A stretch of DNA of 64,000 nucleotides from Marsupella aquatica. Taxonomy: Eukaryota; Plantae; Marchantiophyta. The stretch lies in contig OZ316893.1 of the NCBI GenBank assembly GCA_973895155.1, positions 21,622,955 to 21,686,954 on the forward strand. Direction: 5' to 3'. A program made the position numbers and the translations under genes. Shown piece by piece: positions 1-12,692 of the stretch. Below the pieces are notes generated by a model. That model was not told the DNA's origin. It saw only the letters and a program-made list of their open reading frames with translations, and made no database searches. Numbering within the stretch: the first letter of the stretch is position 1; each line of letters starts with the position of its first letter.

Positions 1-440
1 TTGGCATGATGTTCAGGTTGTTAGCAGGTTGAATTATGCTGGGGTCAATGGTGTGATAATCAATTGATTGGCTTTCCACGAACTGTTAAAGACATGATCA
101 GGGTCATATCAGACGGGGCCAACGACACACACGGGACAATCAAACATTGAGACACATAGAAGGTATTTATACTGGCAAGCTGTCTGTTGACACCAATGGA
201 GATGTTGTTCTTACTTAGTTTATAAGAATGAAGAAGCAATGTACTAACTCCGTCGTTTACCAAGTCAGCGTATGAAAAGCTTGACGAGAACCCGGATCTC
301 GGAGACGGAATAGGCTCCAGAATTTCCAATTTTATAGAACTAATCTTTGTCTATGTTTGCACTTTGGCAGTGAACAGTTTCCAATTCGTTGTTCTGCTGA
401 GATTGAGATTGAGGTTGAAGTCTGCAATTCCTAAATTTTC
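1..440 (-). pseudogene. Degenerate fragment resembling a malectin-like ectodomain (receptor-like kinase remnant), tentative
   Basis: Minus-strand translation across stops/frameshifts gives ...ISSIKLEILEP..., GPV*YDPDHVFNSSWK (cf. malectin-like RYPDDxxDRxW; TGA could be a CGA CpG decay) and SIDYHTIDPSIIQPANNLNIMP. Motif resemblance by eye only; runs off the window edge. Confidence 0.3.
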
Positions 441-485
441 CTATGCTCCATGTAGTTTGGACAGAGATGGGGAGAATAAAAATTC

Positions 486-915
486 AAAGACATTGCCAAG
501 TACCAGGGGATGAGACCTTGGACCCTCTGGACCGAACTTCAAAAGCTCCACTGCACATTACGGTAAGTTCTACAAGCCCCAAGCAAGGCATTCCAAGTCA
601 CTTCATCTGGAATGTTCCAGTGGCATGTCATTGATGAAGAGCTTTGCTTCATCCGAATGTCCGCCCTGCCCAGGAAGATTCACCATGCACGTACAATGCA
701 CAATGTCTGGCTCGATCCCATAATCTTGCGACATAGCTAAAAAGAGTCTACGGCCGTCATCAACAAGGCCTCCATGATAACAGGCTGACAGCACTGCCAC
801 AACGAATAATTATCGGGCTTCACACCGTTTCTGGTCATTTTTCTAAAAAATCCAGGGCTTCATTCCCACATCCATGTTGTGCAAGTCCACAGATCATTAC
901 ATTCCATGCACGAAT
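486..915 (-). pseudogene. PLS-class pentatricopeptide repeat (PPR) gene fragment with E-domain start
   Basis: Minus strand reads FFRKMTRNGVKPDNY.FVAVLSACYHGGLVDDGRRLFLAMSQDYGIEPDIVHCTCMVNLPGQGGHSDEAKLFINDMP and, after a frameshift, DEVTWNALLGACRTYRNV: canonical plant PLS-PPR/E1 motifs, broken by stops and frameshifts. Confidence 0.85.
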
Positions 916-1349
916 TCCATCACGACAGAAGGGACAGCCACTAAGAGACCTCCTGTGGGGAGACCTTTTGCAAGCTCGCCAACGGTTTCTCGGTTCAAAC
1001 CGGTTAGCAGATCACATTTGTGCCTGTTTCATGCTGACTTATCTACGCCTGGGAGGTGGGCAAAGACTGAGCGTAGTCACTAGAACTGCAGCAAATCCCC
1101 GCGTTGCAAAAACTATGGAGACAGGAGCCAGCACTTAGATCGCTTAATCAAAGGGTACTTTACCAGTGCGGGGTCATGTGCATGGAGTTGTGTTTGATAA
1201 TTGCTAGATCACAATAACTACAAATATCCGGCTGGTTTGATTTCAACCTGCGAAAGTAAACTATGAAAGAACCTTCAATCTATTCATGTAGACCCCTGAA
1301 AGTATCCTATGGAGCAAGTAAGCTGCTGCCGGTTGACGTAATGGAGCAC

Positions 1350-1940
1350 TGTAAACTACAGAAGAGCCGTTCATTCACTCTTCTTCACCAAAGAGTAGTT
1401 TGTGTATACATGTGTTTGCACAAGTTGATCTGTTGTACATGGACTTTAAGCTAAGCCCAGTGTAGATGTTGTCCGGAAGTGATCATTTGACTCGTTAAGT
1501 ACTTTTTGATCACGGGCTTAGGCAAACAATTGTAAAATCAGAATTTCTCTTCATGCTCTTGAACTCCAATTGACTTGTTTGAATTTTAGAGTTGAATGGC
1601 TGGCAATGATCTGCAACTTGTCTTTGAGCCGGGTTGGCCAACAAAAGTACCCGAGCTACTCTTGGTCAACCATGAAATTACACTACCAGGGCCCTGATCT
1701 GAGCATACATCTCTACCCATTCCAGGCCCAAGTTCCTCTCCTGGTGATGTGGGGTTACTCCTTTGGGTCGGCTGCTGGTACTCTGTGATCTGTGGGTTAA
1801 CCGTTCTGGTTTCTGGATTTGTTTTCTTTGTTCCCGCGGGAATACAATTGGCGTACAATCGGCTCCTCTGAGCTATAGAAAAACTTTATACCAACACAAG
1901 GGAACCATGATTAGTTGGTGTTTTCTTCCTAAATCCCACG
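1350..1940 (-). repeat. Inverted copy of the downstream flank of membrane-gene copy 1 (approx. 6750-7330)
   Basis: e.g. 1541-1617 is the reverse complement of approx. 7066-7145 (TTGCCAGCCATTCAACTCTAAAATTCAA...GAGTTCAAGAGCATGA). A partial third copy lies at approx. 13690-13822. Confidence 0.8.
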
Positions 1941-2110
1941 TCCATAATAAAAGCATCCCTCAATATTGTAAGCGCAAGGTTTTACTCACTAATCTAGTAC
2001 CTCTGGACACAGGTTCTATCAAATCAAATGTGCCACGTCCCAAATCCTAAGTGAGTAGTAAACATATCTTGTAATCACAAGCTTTTATCCACAAATCTAT
2101 TCCACCATAA

Positions 2111-2222
2111 TATCACATGTGGTATGTAGACCATGTTGTAGCAGAAGCCCCTGCTGGGAAATACCCTATTTAAAGACCTGAAAGTTTCAGCCACAATGAG
2201 CAACCCACAAATTGTGTAAATC
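2111..2222 (-). pseudogene. 3' remnant (copy 0) of the fungal-type membrane protein gene, inverted
   Basis: Reverse complement reads GAAACTTTCAGGTCTTTA..GGGTATTTCCCAGCAGGGGCTTCTGCTACAACATGGTCTACATAC..CACATGTGAT, matching the ETFRSLGYLPAGAFATTWSTY..HVM end of copy 2 (11257-11336). Confidence 0.85.
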
Positions 2223-2333
2223 CTGTCAGGAGAAGTCAGAGGTTACCAGTGTGTAACCATTTCTACAGGGGCCTGCTATAGTCATAATCTGCTGCCCTGA
2301 AAAGTAGAGCCGGTAACCTCTTTCCGGGCAGGA

Positions 2334-2500
2334 GTTACGTATGCTAGTGCAGGTCTGGGCTGGGGTTATAGACTATAACCTGCTCCCGGAATATTCAAAG
2401 AAGCTTTCCGGCTGCCGCCGGTCAGCTTCTTTTCATATTCCGGACGCAAGGTTACAGCCTAGTAACCCTGCGCCCAGACCTGCATTACCCTATACGTAAC
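2334..2500. repeat. Long imperfect inverted repeat (approx. 72-bp arms), fold-back/MITE-like
   Basis: GTTACGTAT..TGCAGGTCTGGGC..CCGGAATAT..AAAGAAGCT pairs with AGCTTCTTT..ATATTCCGG..GCCCAGACCTGCA..ATACGTAAC. Confidence 0.75.
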
Positions 2501-3294
2501 CACTAGAAAGATCATCCTTATGTTGGCGAGATTGCATAAGTCCCCCGGGTTGAGGTCTCCATGTGGCTTTCTATGAGGCACTGGCTGTCTTTGAGGTTCT
2601 TATTTACAACCGAGGGAACAGATCTTGTTTCGAATTCCTGGCTGCTTGGTTGGCAGTTGTATCTTGCAAAGTTTTTATTTGTGTGCGAGTGTGCCTGCCT
2701 TCTGGTATGATGCGCAAGCATCAAAGAACATTTTTTTTTGCCTCGAAAAAACCAATTGAATTCCATTCAAAAAGCCAGCATACAACATGGGGGGCCCAGA
2801 AAACCGGGACACCAACCCAAAAGGACCTAAGGTCAAAAGTGCCGTGGCCGGGAAGAACCGGGAAACCAGAGAAGGAGCTGAGCCTCAACAAAGAACATTG
2901 TTGCGCAAGCATCAAAGAACATTTGAGAAGTTTAAATTTGCAATTTCGATTGTGCTGCTTTAAACTACTATAATTTCCGCTCATGATCTTTTTCGTCCTG
3001 TCTGGGAGCGAAAGAGCATTGTTTATTGCACTGTCCTGCCGTCAATTAGGAGGTTTGCATTGACAGCCCTGGGCACATTTAAAGTGGGACCTTGACATGT
3101 TGAACAGAGGGCAATCTCTCGAACAAATTGAGCTTGTGTTGTGAGTGACATTGGCTATTTCTGAATGCTGCGGCTTTTAATGAAATTCTAGCACTGGGAG
3201 GTTTATGGCCACAGAAGGAGCAAACGCTGTGCATCGTACATGATTCAGCCTAGAACTCCAAAAAGAGTAGTGATGGAAACCCCTGGTTAAATAC

Positions 3295-4941
3295 GACCTT
3301 CATATTAGTCAGCGAGGGTTGATAGATCTATACCAGGTTCGTCGAGAACAATGAGGCGAAGTGGCTCGATTTGAAGGGCAATAGAGCTGCAAATAATTCA
3401 CGGGATTTGGCCAAAGGCAGCAACGTACGAATCGTCCGAGCACATGACACCTCTTCAGTTTGCTACTCTCATTTCCTTAATTTCCCACCCTACTGTCTTG
3501 TAATTTCACTTGTAGTTTCAGTACAGTAGCAAATTCATGGCCAGGGTGTGAGTCCTGATCAACTCAGTCTACACTGACAAATTGCGGTGCAGCGCAGCTT
3601 CGGAGAGTAGTTCCGAACTTGAGTAGGAAAGTCTCGGCAGTGGTGTGGTCCCGATCAACGCGCTCTACATCGACAAATTACGCAGCCCAGCTTTGTAGGG
3701 TAGGTGTGCAGTCGCTCAGCGATTCGAACAACACTACAACAGGTTTTCGGCAGTGGTGTGGGTCCCAATCAACGCGCAAAATTACGCAGCCCAGCTTCGT
3801 AGGGTAGGTGTGCAGTCGCTCAGCGATTTGAACAACAGGTTCTAGCCCATCCTGGACCCTGATCGCCAAGACTTGTTGCAAGCAACTGGCCAGAGTTCGT
3901 ACAGCTGAACTTTTTGAAACGTAATATGCCCTTAAAAATTGTACATCGGGAAGTTGCAGTATTGTGCAGATTCTTGCATGTGACGCCATATCGGCGAAAA
4001 ACTCTTCCCTTACCAAGTTGCACAGAAGTGGGGTCGTGGATTATGAAATCGCAGTTAAATTATTTTCTTCATCATCTGCGCAAAACGAAAAGGCAGAATC
4101 CAGCAGAATATATCCTTGGGCGTTGCACGGTCCTTCCCATCGTCTCGCTTTGTTTACGCCAACCTTCACTTCCACCAAGAGGTCTGCATCTGTTAGAAAA
4201 GCGGAGCAGGAGCGGCGAGCGCTTTGAAACACTGATGCCAAGATGCGGAAGAGCAACTGATGTGTAAAGTCGGCTCTGTTCAATTCGGCTGCTGCGCTGA
4301 ACAGATGCCCAGTCTTCTCAACCAAATAGCTGAGTGGAGGTACTGTTTGTCTGTCCGTCTTTGTTCAGTCTCTGTTCAATCGCTGCCTTTTGAAATGCGG
4401 GGTGGATCATGCAACTTTCTAGTTTCCGTGCGATGTTCTAGTGTATGCTTCGATCTTCTCGGCTAAACGCAGTCCTTATGCGAGTTTGCCTCTTCATTCA
4501 GTTCTCGATGGGCATTGCGTTTGCAGGCAAGCGTTTGTCGTGAAGAAGGCCTTTGCTTTATAGCGTGCTCGAGATCTGAGGGGCTCACAAGGACAAACGC
4601 CAGTTGTGGTCAATTGTTGAGGGGGCTTAGTTATCTTGCGACTTATCGGTTCATGTGAACGCTTCGAAGATCAACTTCCTGTCGACTAGACTGCCAGGAG
4701 CTTTCGTTGCACGGAGCACGCCGCACACATTTTAGCATTTAACATCGGTTGGAGCGATGACTTGACTTGCACCTGATCAAGGTTCCCGCTGGTCACCCTA
4801 GCTAGTCAACGTGAGCCAGGCTTCCGACCGCAACGTTGTCACGTTTGCTCTGGAAAGAAACTATGGCGAGCTTGCGAGAGATTAAGTAGTATCGCGAACT
4901 TCCAGTTGAATCAGCCTCAACACCGTCAACGTTGAGATTAG
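3295..4941 (+). pseudogene. Decayed coding-like module upstream of membrane-gene copy 1
   Basis: Colinear homology with the sequence upstream of the other four full-length copies (shared blocks such as GGAAGAACAACTGATGTGTAA, GTGGAGGTACTGTTTGTCTGT, TTGTGGTCAATTGTTGAGGGGGCT); many indels, no long ORF. Confidence 0.55.
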
Positions 4942-6423
4942 ATGGCTGCCTTTAGAGAAATGACGACTCTAATGATTATGTTGGTCTCAGGAGCGGCGGT
5001 AGGGACAGTAATGGATGTCGTCACGGATATGTCAGTGAGACAAACGACAGTGTTCCATACGAATTGCACCGGACCCGCATCAGATTCCAGCTTCAATGTC
5101 ACTGCAAACACCTTGAACTTCGTCGCTGGACCCAACACCAGAGGAACTTTGCAGATCCTATATAGTTGCATCTTCACACTCTTAATATGCTCTTGGAATG
5201 TTCAACATCTAAACGTCCCTCCCCTGGATAGTAGCGCACGTGCTCTGTTTCTAAAGCCACTTTACATGATTGCCACGTTAACGGTACCTGAGTTGATAGT
5301 CGGGATAGCTTTGACGGAATGTGTGCAAGCCTGGAGGAGTGTGAGATACATGAAACGCATGCTTCCGGAGTTGGTTGAGCATGGAGGTTGGACAATGACA
5401 CACGCTTATTATGCTGGTATGTATGGATTTTTGGTGCGGAAAAGGGTAGCGCCAGAGCCAGAGCCAGGTACAAGTATGTTTCGAAGTTCTGTAATACGGC
5501 GAAGTGATCTATTGGTACTAAATACGGAGAGAATGGTGACGTACCTCAGATCTCTTCCCCCTCCAATTAATTTCGTCACGGAAACGGACATCCAATGCAG
5601 AGCAAAAGGAGACATTTTCCTGAAATGCACTGCAGCATTGCAAATATCCTGGTTCATTGTCCAGATGTCTGCTCGCAAAGCCAGGCATCTACAGATTTCA
5701 CAACTTGAAATTTGGGTTTTAGCGCATGCTATATGTACTTTAGTAAGCTACCTGTTGTGGATAAAGAAACCTCAAAATGTGAGTGTTCCAATCATCTTGG
5801 ATGAGGGCCCTGGAACATTGCCCTCCTGTAATGACTGGATTGACGCTAGATGGGAATTGGACTGTTATGGTGGGACTGAAGATGACGAAGGATTTAAGCT
5901 TCCTCTAGGAATGGAGGCTCGCTTATTCGAAGTGGGCTTGAGCTTGGGAGGTGTTATTTTGGGAACCATTCATCTCTTAGCTTGGAATGTCCACTTCGCC
6001 AGTGACACTGATGAAACTTTTTGGAGGATATCTGCTATTGTAACAATAGCACTTCCTCCACTGCTTTTGGCTTTCTCGACAGTTGGTAAGTTTGCAACCT
6101 TGTCAGTGAGAGGTGTTATTATTGGGGCCATGTATATCATATTTTGGGCCTCCTTCAGAGACGCTGATACAACTTTTTGGAGGATAGATCTAATTTTAGC
6201 AGCAGCGACTCCACTGTCTTGGGCTCTTATACTACTCATACTACTCAGTACTAAGTTTGCAACTACGTCGGTTTTGGGTAGGGTTGTGACAGTTACAGCT
6301 ATTATGTTTTACTCAATTGGTAGGAAGATTCTTATGAGAGAAACTTACAGGTGTTTATGGTATCTACCAGCAGGGGCTTTTACTACTGTCACATGGTCCA
6401 CATACATTCCACATGTGATGTGA
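4942..6423 (+). CDS. Intronless multi-pass membrane protein, fungal-type uncharacterised family (copy 1, intact, 493 aa)
   Basis: Uninterrupted ATG..TGA ORF with many hydrophobic segments and ordered motifs PNTRGT..ILYSC..TLLICSW..HLNVP, PEL, WTMTHAYYAGMYGF, AKGD..K..LQ..WF, ISQLEI, W.KKPQNV..P, GTIHLLAWN..F, FWR, ETYR.L..LPAGAF.TVTW..YIPH. Confidence 0.9.
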   Translation: MAAFREMTTLMIMLVSGAAVGTVMDVVTDMSVRQTTVFHTNCTGPASDSSFNVTANTLNFVAGPNTRGTLQILYSCIFTLLICSWNVQHLNVPPLDSSARALFLKPLYMIATLTVPELIVGIALTECVQAWRSVRYMKRMLPELVEHGGWTMTHAYYAGMYGFLVRKRVAPEPEPGTSMFRSSVIRRSDLLVLNTERMVTYLRSLPPPINFVTETDIQCRAKGDIFLKCTAALQISWFIVQMSARKARHLQISQLEIWVLAHAICTLVSYLLWIKKPQNVSVPIILDEGPGTLPSCNDWIDARWELDCYGGTEDDEGFKLPLGMEARLFEVGLSLGGVILGTIHLLAWNVHFASDTDETFWRISAIVTIALPPLLLAFSTVGKFATLSVRGVIIGAMYIIFWASFRDADTTFWRIDLILAAATPLSWALILLILLSTKFATTSVLGRVVTVTAIMFYSIGRKILMRETYRCLWYLPAGAFTTVTWSTYIPHVM

Positions 6424-8000
6424 TAGAGGGACCATTTTGGGGGAATCATAGATTTGTAGATAAGGTTGATCCAACTTTACGCAACCTTCCCCAAATGGTA
6501 TTTAAAAACTTTTAGGGTTACAGAATCTAGACAAATCAGCAAAATAATTTTCTGTAAAGCTAACTAAAGTTGTGAGGCTCCCCAAAAAGAAAGTAAAGTA
6601 GCTTGTCTTGTAGTTTTTTCCAACCTGCTCAAAAAGATTCTAATCTTAAGAAGAACGATTCATCATTACTTCTTAGAGTATGTTGGGATGAAGATTTTAA
6701 GAACCACCTGAAAACTAATTCCATTATGGACTTCAGATTTGGGAAGAAAACACCAACTAATCATGGTTACCTGGTGTTTGTGTAAAGTTTTACTCTAGTT
6801 TGGAGAAGCCGATAATACGCCAAATGTGTTCCCGCGATGAAATTACTGTATTGGGAACAAAGAAAACAGATCTGAGGAGTCAGATGGGTTAACCAACAGA
6901 TGACGCAGTCAGGGAGACAGTGCTACCAGCCGATCCAAAAGAGGAACTTGGGCTTGGAATGGGTGCAGATATATGCTCAGATCAGGGCCCTGGTGGTATT
7001 ATTTTATGGCTGACCAGGAGTACCTGCAGTGATTTGTTGGCCAACCCAACCCTGCTCAAAGACATGTTGCAGATTCATTGCCAGCCATTCAACTCTAAAA
7101 TTCAATGAAGCCAATGGGAGTTCAAGAGCATGAGGAGAAATTCTGATTTTACAATTGCTTGCCTCAGTCCCCCATCAAAAAGTACTCACCTAGTCAAATA
7201 ATCACTTCGGGCCCAACATCTATACTCACTGGGTTTAATTCAAAGTCCATGCAAAACAAATCAGATTCATGTAAGCATATGTATAAACAAACACTACTCT
7301 CAATCTGGCCAGAAGAAGAGTAAATGATGTCTTTGTATTTTCTAGTGCTCAGTAGAGCGTGTCAAAGTTCTCCCATAATCAAAGTGTTACGACTTTTATG
7401 TTTTGGACATATCACCCATAAGGGTACATATTTTGGTAGCCCATAGCGATTCTGTCCTGGCCGTAAGAACATTTTATGTCCTTAGCCATAACCACACGCC
7501 CTAGTGACAACACTCCCTAGTGACATCTTCCCAAATGAAGACAGGAATATTTCACCCATTATTCGGGACTACCCAACCTAGAACACAAGAGCTAGTTTGG
7601 GGATCCCACAAGTATTTCAATGCATTCAGTCAATTCGTTGGCTCTCCTAGAATCATGGAGGATGGGGAGCCAAAATTCTGCGAAGTGGAGCATGTAGAGG
7701 AGGATGAGAAGATAGAAAGTGTGAAGCAGAGATGATTTGGATACTACTCTTCGGAGAGTTCTCTTTAACGATGGACTCTGGTGGCAGTGTAAGAAACTCG
7801 TCAAGCTGCTGAGAAATTTGCGAGTGGGCAACGCATCTGAGCAAACACTTAGCTTAGACAGGCTCAGATGCTACACTAAATTCGAGCATTGGGAGTTTAA
7901 AAAATAAGGCCAGCGAAGGAGTAAATGTTGTGCCATCGTACATGATTCACCCCAAAATTGCAACGACAGTACAGCAGTGACGCAAAATCTGGGTAGATAT

Positions 8001-10005
8001 GACCTGCATATTTGTCAGCGAGGGTTGATACATCCACACCAGGCTTGTCGAGAACAATGAAGCAAAGTCGCGCCACTTAAAGAGTAGTGGAGAGAATATT
8101 GAGGCAAAGTCGCTCGAGTTGAAGGGAAATGGAGCTGCAAATAATTCACGGCCAATGCAGCGACGTAGCAATTGTTAGAGCACATGCCACCTTTTTAATT
8201 CTTCCTTTCCTTAATTTCCTTTCCAATCCGACCGACTTTGTACTTCATATGCCATCGGTATACCTCTCCAGTGGGGTGCTCCTCAACCTGTAAACGAATC
8301 AATGCAGTGATTTCATCAAAAGGTGGGCGTTACTAATGTTGATTCGATTCCAGCACCTCCACATCCGATACGACCCTGCACACAATTGAGTAGACCGAAA
8401 CATCAGGGAAGTTGAAAAAAGCATTCAATCTCAAGTGAGTACCCACTTGATCTGATAGAGCCTTAGTAGGAAAGTCTCGGTGTGGGTACTCATCAATGCG
8501 CTCTAGACCCGACCCTACCTTGACAAATTACAATTGAGCGCAGCTTCGCAGGGTATGTGTACAGTCGCTCAGTGATTTGAACAACACCTTTGCCATCCCG
8601 CCATCCCGGACCCTGATCTACCCTAGGCCTTCCCAATGATTTCCTCTAGTCTTCCTTATGGGCCTCCGGCGGGTGGTATCTCCGAATAAACAGAATATGT
8701 TTCTTTATCCTATCAAACGCATGATCCCATTCCGTGCTCTCCGTCGATGCGCAGAGAGCGGGCGAGGAGCCTTTTCTACAGTGAGTGCTGAACAGATCGC
8801 CAACTCCTGTAGAACAAAAATCGCCAGAGTTCGAATAGTTCCCTTTTCGAAAGGAAAGGTAAAGTGCTTCCCTGTAGATCGGCAAGTGCAAATTGTAGAT
8901 TTACAGTAAAGCAGAGTTTATTCTGGTGAAATCAAATTGCAGAGGTCGAAAGGTTGAGCTTTTTGAAAGGTATGGTGCTTTACTCTAGATCGACGAGCTG
9001 CAGTATTGAGCTGCAGTATTGTGCAGATTCTGGTCGGCCAAAACTCTTCCCTTACCAAGTTGCAGCGAAGTGGGGATTTGGATTAGCCAAGGTATTCAAA
9101 GACAACGGTTGACTTCGTAGATGATGACACCGCGTATAAGTTGTTTTCTCAACAATCTACGCGAAAAGAAAAAGCAGATTCCAACTGTATGTATTCTTGG
9201 GCGTTGGACGGTCCTTCCCATTAGTGTCGCCTGGATGCCGGGGGAACCTCCACCTCCACCAAGGAGCTCTGCATCTGTGAGAGAAGAGAAGAGGAGCAGG
9301 AGCGGCGAGCATTTTGAAACACTGATGCCAAGACGCGGAAGAACAACTGATGTGTAAAATCGACTATGCTTTCAATTCTACTGCTGCACTGAACGGCTGC
9401 CAGTTTTCTCAAGCAGATAGCTTTGTGGAGGTACTGTTTGTCTGTCTGCCTTTGTTCCATCGCTGCCTTTTGAACGCGGGGTCCTGCAACTTTCTGAGTT
9501 TTCGGGGGATGCTTTAGAGGCGTATGCTTCGATCTTATGGGCTGAGCGCAGTCTTTTCGCGAGCTTCCGTTTTGAATCATTTCTCGATCTGCTGTACGTT
9601 TGCAGGCAAGCGTCTGTCGCGCGGGATGAAGGGCTTTGATATACAACGTGCTCGAGTGCTGAGGAGCTCACGATGCTCTGGCTTCTCTATGGACAAACGC
9701 CAGGTTGTGGTCAATTGTTGAGGGGGCTTACCTTGCAACTAGGGTTTGTCCTATCCGTTCATTTCGCTTTGAAGATCAATTTGCTTTGTACTTAGACCTC
9801 CGCACTTCCTTGCACCAAGCACGGCGCAGACATTCAAGTTTAGTTGGAGTTACGATGTGAATTGCACCCGATCTAGGTTTCGACTGGTTACCCTATGATC
9901 CGTTTGAGCTAGTTACATCCTACCACAAAGTTCAGGTTCCTTTGGGAAAGAAACTATCGAGACCTTTCTTGAGATTGCAATCACAAATTTCCAGCTGCTT
10001 CAGTC
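8001..10005 (+). pseudogene. Decayed coding-like module upstream of copy 2 (longest version)
   Basis: Aligns by eye with 3295-4941 from its first block (GACCTGCATATTTGTCAGCGAGGGTTGATA) through TTCCAGCTGCTTCAG; carries extra segments absent from copy 1. Confidence 0.55.
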
Positions 10006-10008
10006 TCA

Positions 10009-11336
<1,328 letters not shown>

Positions 11337-12692
11337 TAGAGGCACCTTTTGGGGGAATATCATATTTGTGGATATAAAAGCTTGTGATTATCAAGAACTA
11401 TAATACAAGGTCCCTCTCTTGTATACAGTGGACATCTTTTGAATTTGCAGGGCCCAAAAAATAAACAATCTGACAAAGAATAGACAGTAAATTAATTACG
11501 TTTAGTGTGAAGGGAAACTCTCCAAGCAAGAAAAGTGGGCTATGCACGAGAGTCCTTGAAATTTGGTACCATCCATGCATATAAAGTGTTACTCTGGGCC
11601 GACTCTACCATTTTCTACCACTATAAATCCCCTATCCATAATAAAAAGTGTGAATCAATTTTGACCTTTCATCTGAAAACATTGTTTTTTAACACCGCCA
11701 GATATATCCATCACCCCAATTACAATAAATATCTATCCAACATGCCCTTTAGCCTGCTCGCACCTGCCCAAGATGAAAAACTTAATTAAGAAATATTTAA
11801 AATTGATATAAATAAAATGTTTATTTCTCTAAAAATTTAGTGCTAAAAAACTGTTTTTTCCTGTAACTTGATTGTCGTTGGACTCTATGATGGGGTGGCT
11901 GCTATCTTGTGTCTCAAATTCCTATATGCAATGGATAGGTTAATATTGAACATGTATCAATAGTAAAGCTTATAATTTCTTGTCTTGCCTTGACATCTTT
12001 TTTCACCTTGACATATTATTCTAATCTTCACATTTTTAACTCTCCTCAACATCTTTTCCTTGCCTTGCCATCTTTTCTCACATTGACATCTTTATCTTAC
12101 CACAACATTGTATTCTTACTCTCGACATTTTTCTCTCACCCTTGACATTTTTTCTCTCCTCAACATTTTTTGTCACCTTGATATCTTTTTTCAGGTTGAC
12201 ATTGTTTCCTGACAATCTTTCACGACTTTTCTATTTTGTCCAGAGACTCTCAAAGGCTTTGATTTCCATAAACTTAACTTCTGAATGATGCAGTGGCCCA
12301 TCTTGCCGCACCAGTGCCTTAAATCCACTTCCTAGGCCCTCAGCAAGTAGATCCGGCTCCAAAGCTTTGAGCATCGAGACAGATAATGGAAGAAAATTCC
12401 CAGAACCGAGTGCGTTTGTGAAAACTCCATAGAACAGCAAGTAATGCCCCCAAAACGATTATTTTTAGATTGCAGTGTCCGTGAGGATTCTGAGTAGGGT
12501 ATCAACAATTTCACCTGTGAACTGTAGAAAAATGTCCGTAACAACAAAGAACGTAACACGGTAAAAATTTACTGCATGAATGTGCCATCAAATTTCCAAG
12601 ATTGATGGATGAGATCAGATGATTATTGGTGAGGGTGTGCAGGTACTTTCAGTTCAATTGTTAAATATTCTTTGTGAGTTTTGATGGCATTT

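Noticed and set aside
4041-4325. Minus-strand ORFs in the upstream modules (also 9221-9646, 17959-18309) as a divergent partner gene
   Set aside because: Frames are not maintained between copies, and the synonymous-substitution signal favours the plus strand.
7520-7850. Possible hAT transposase remnant (LRRVLFNDGLWWQCKKLVKLL)
   Set aside because: Too short and degenerate to call.
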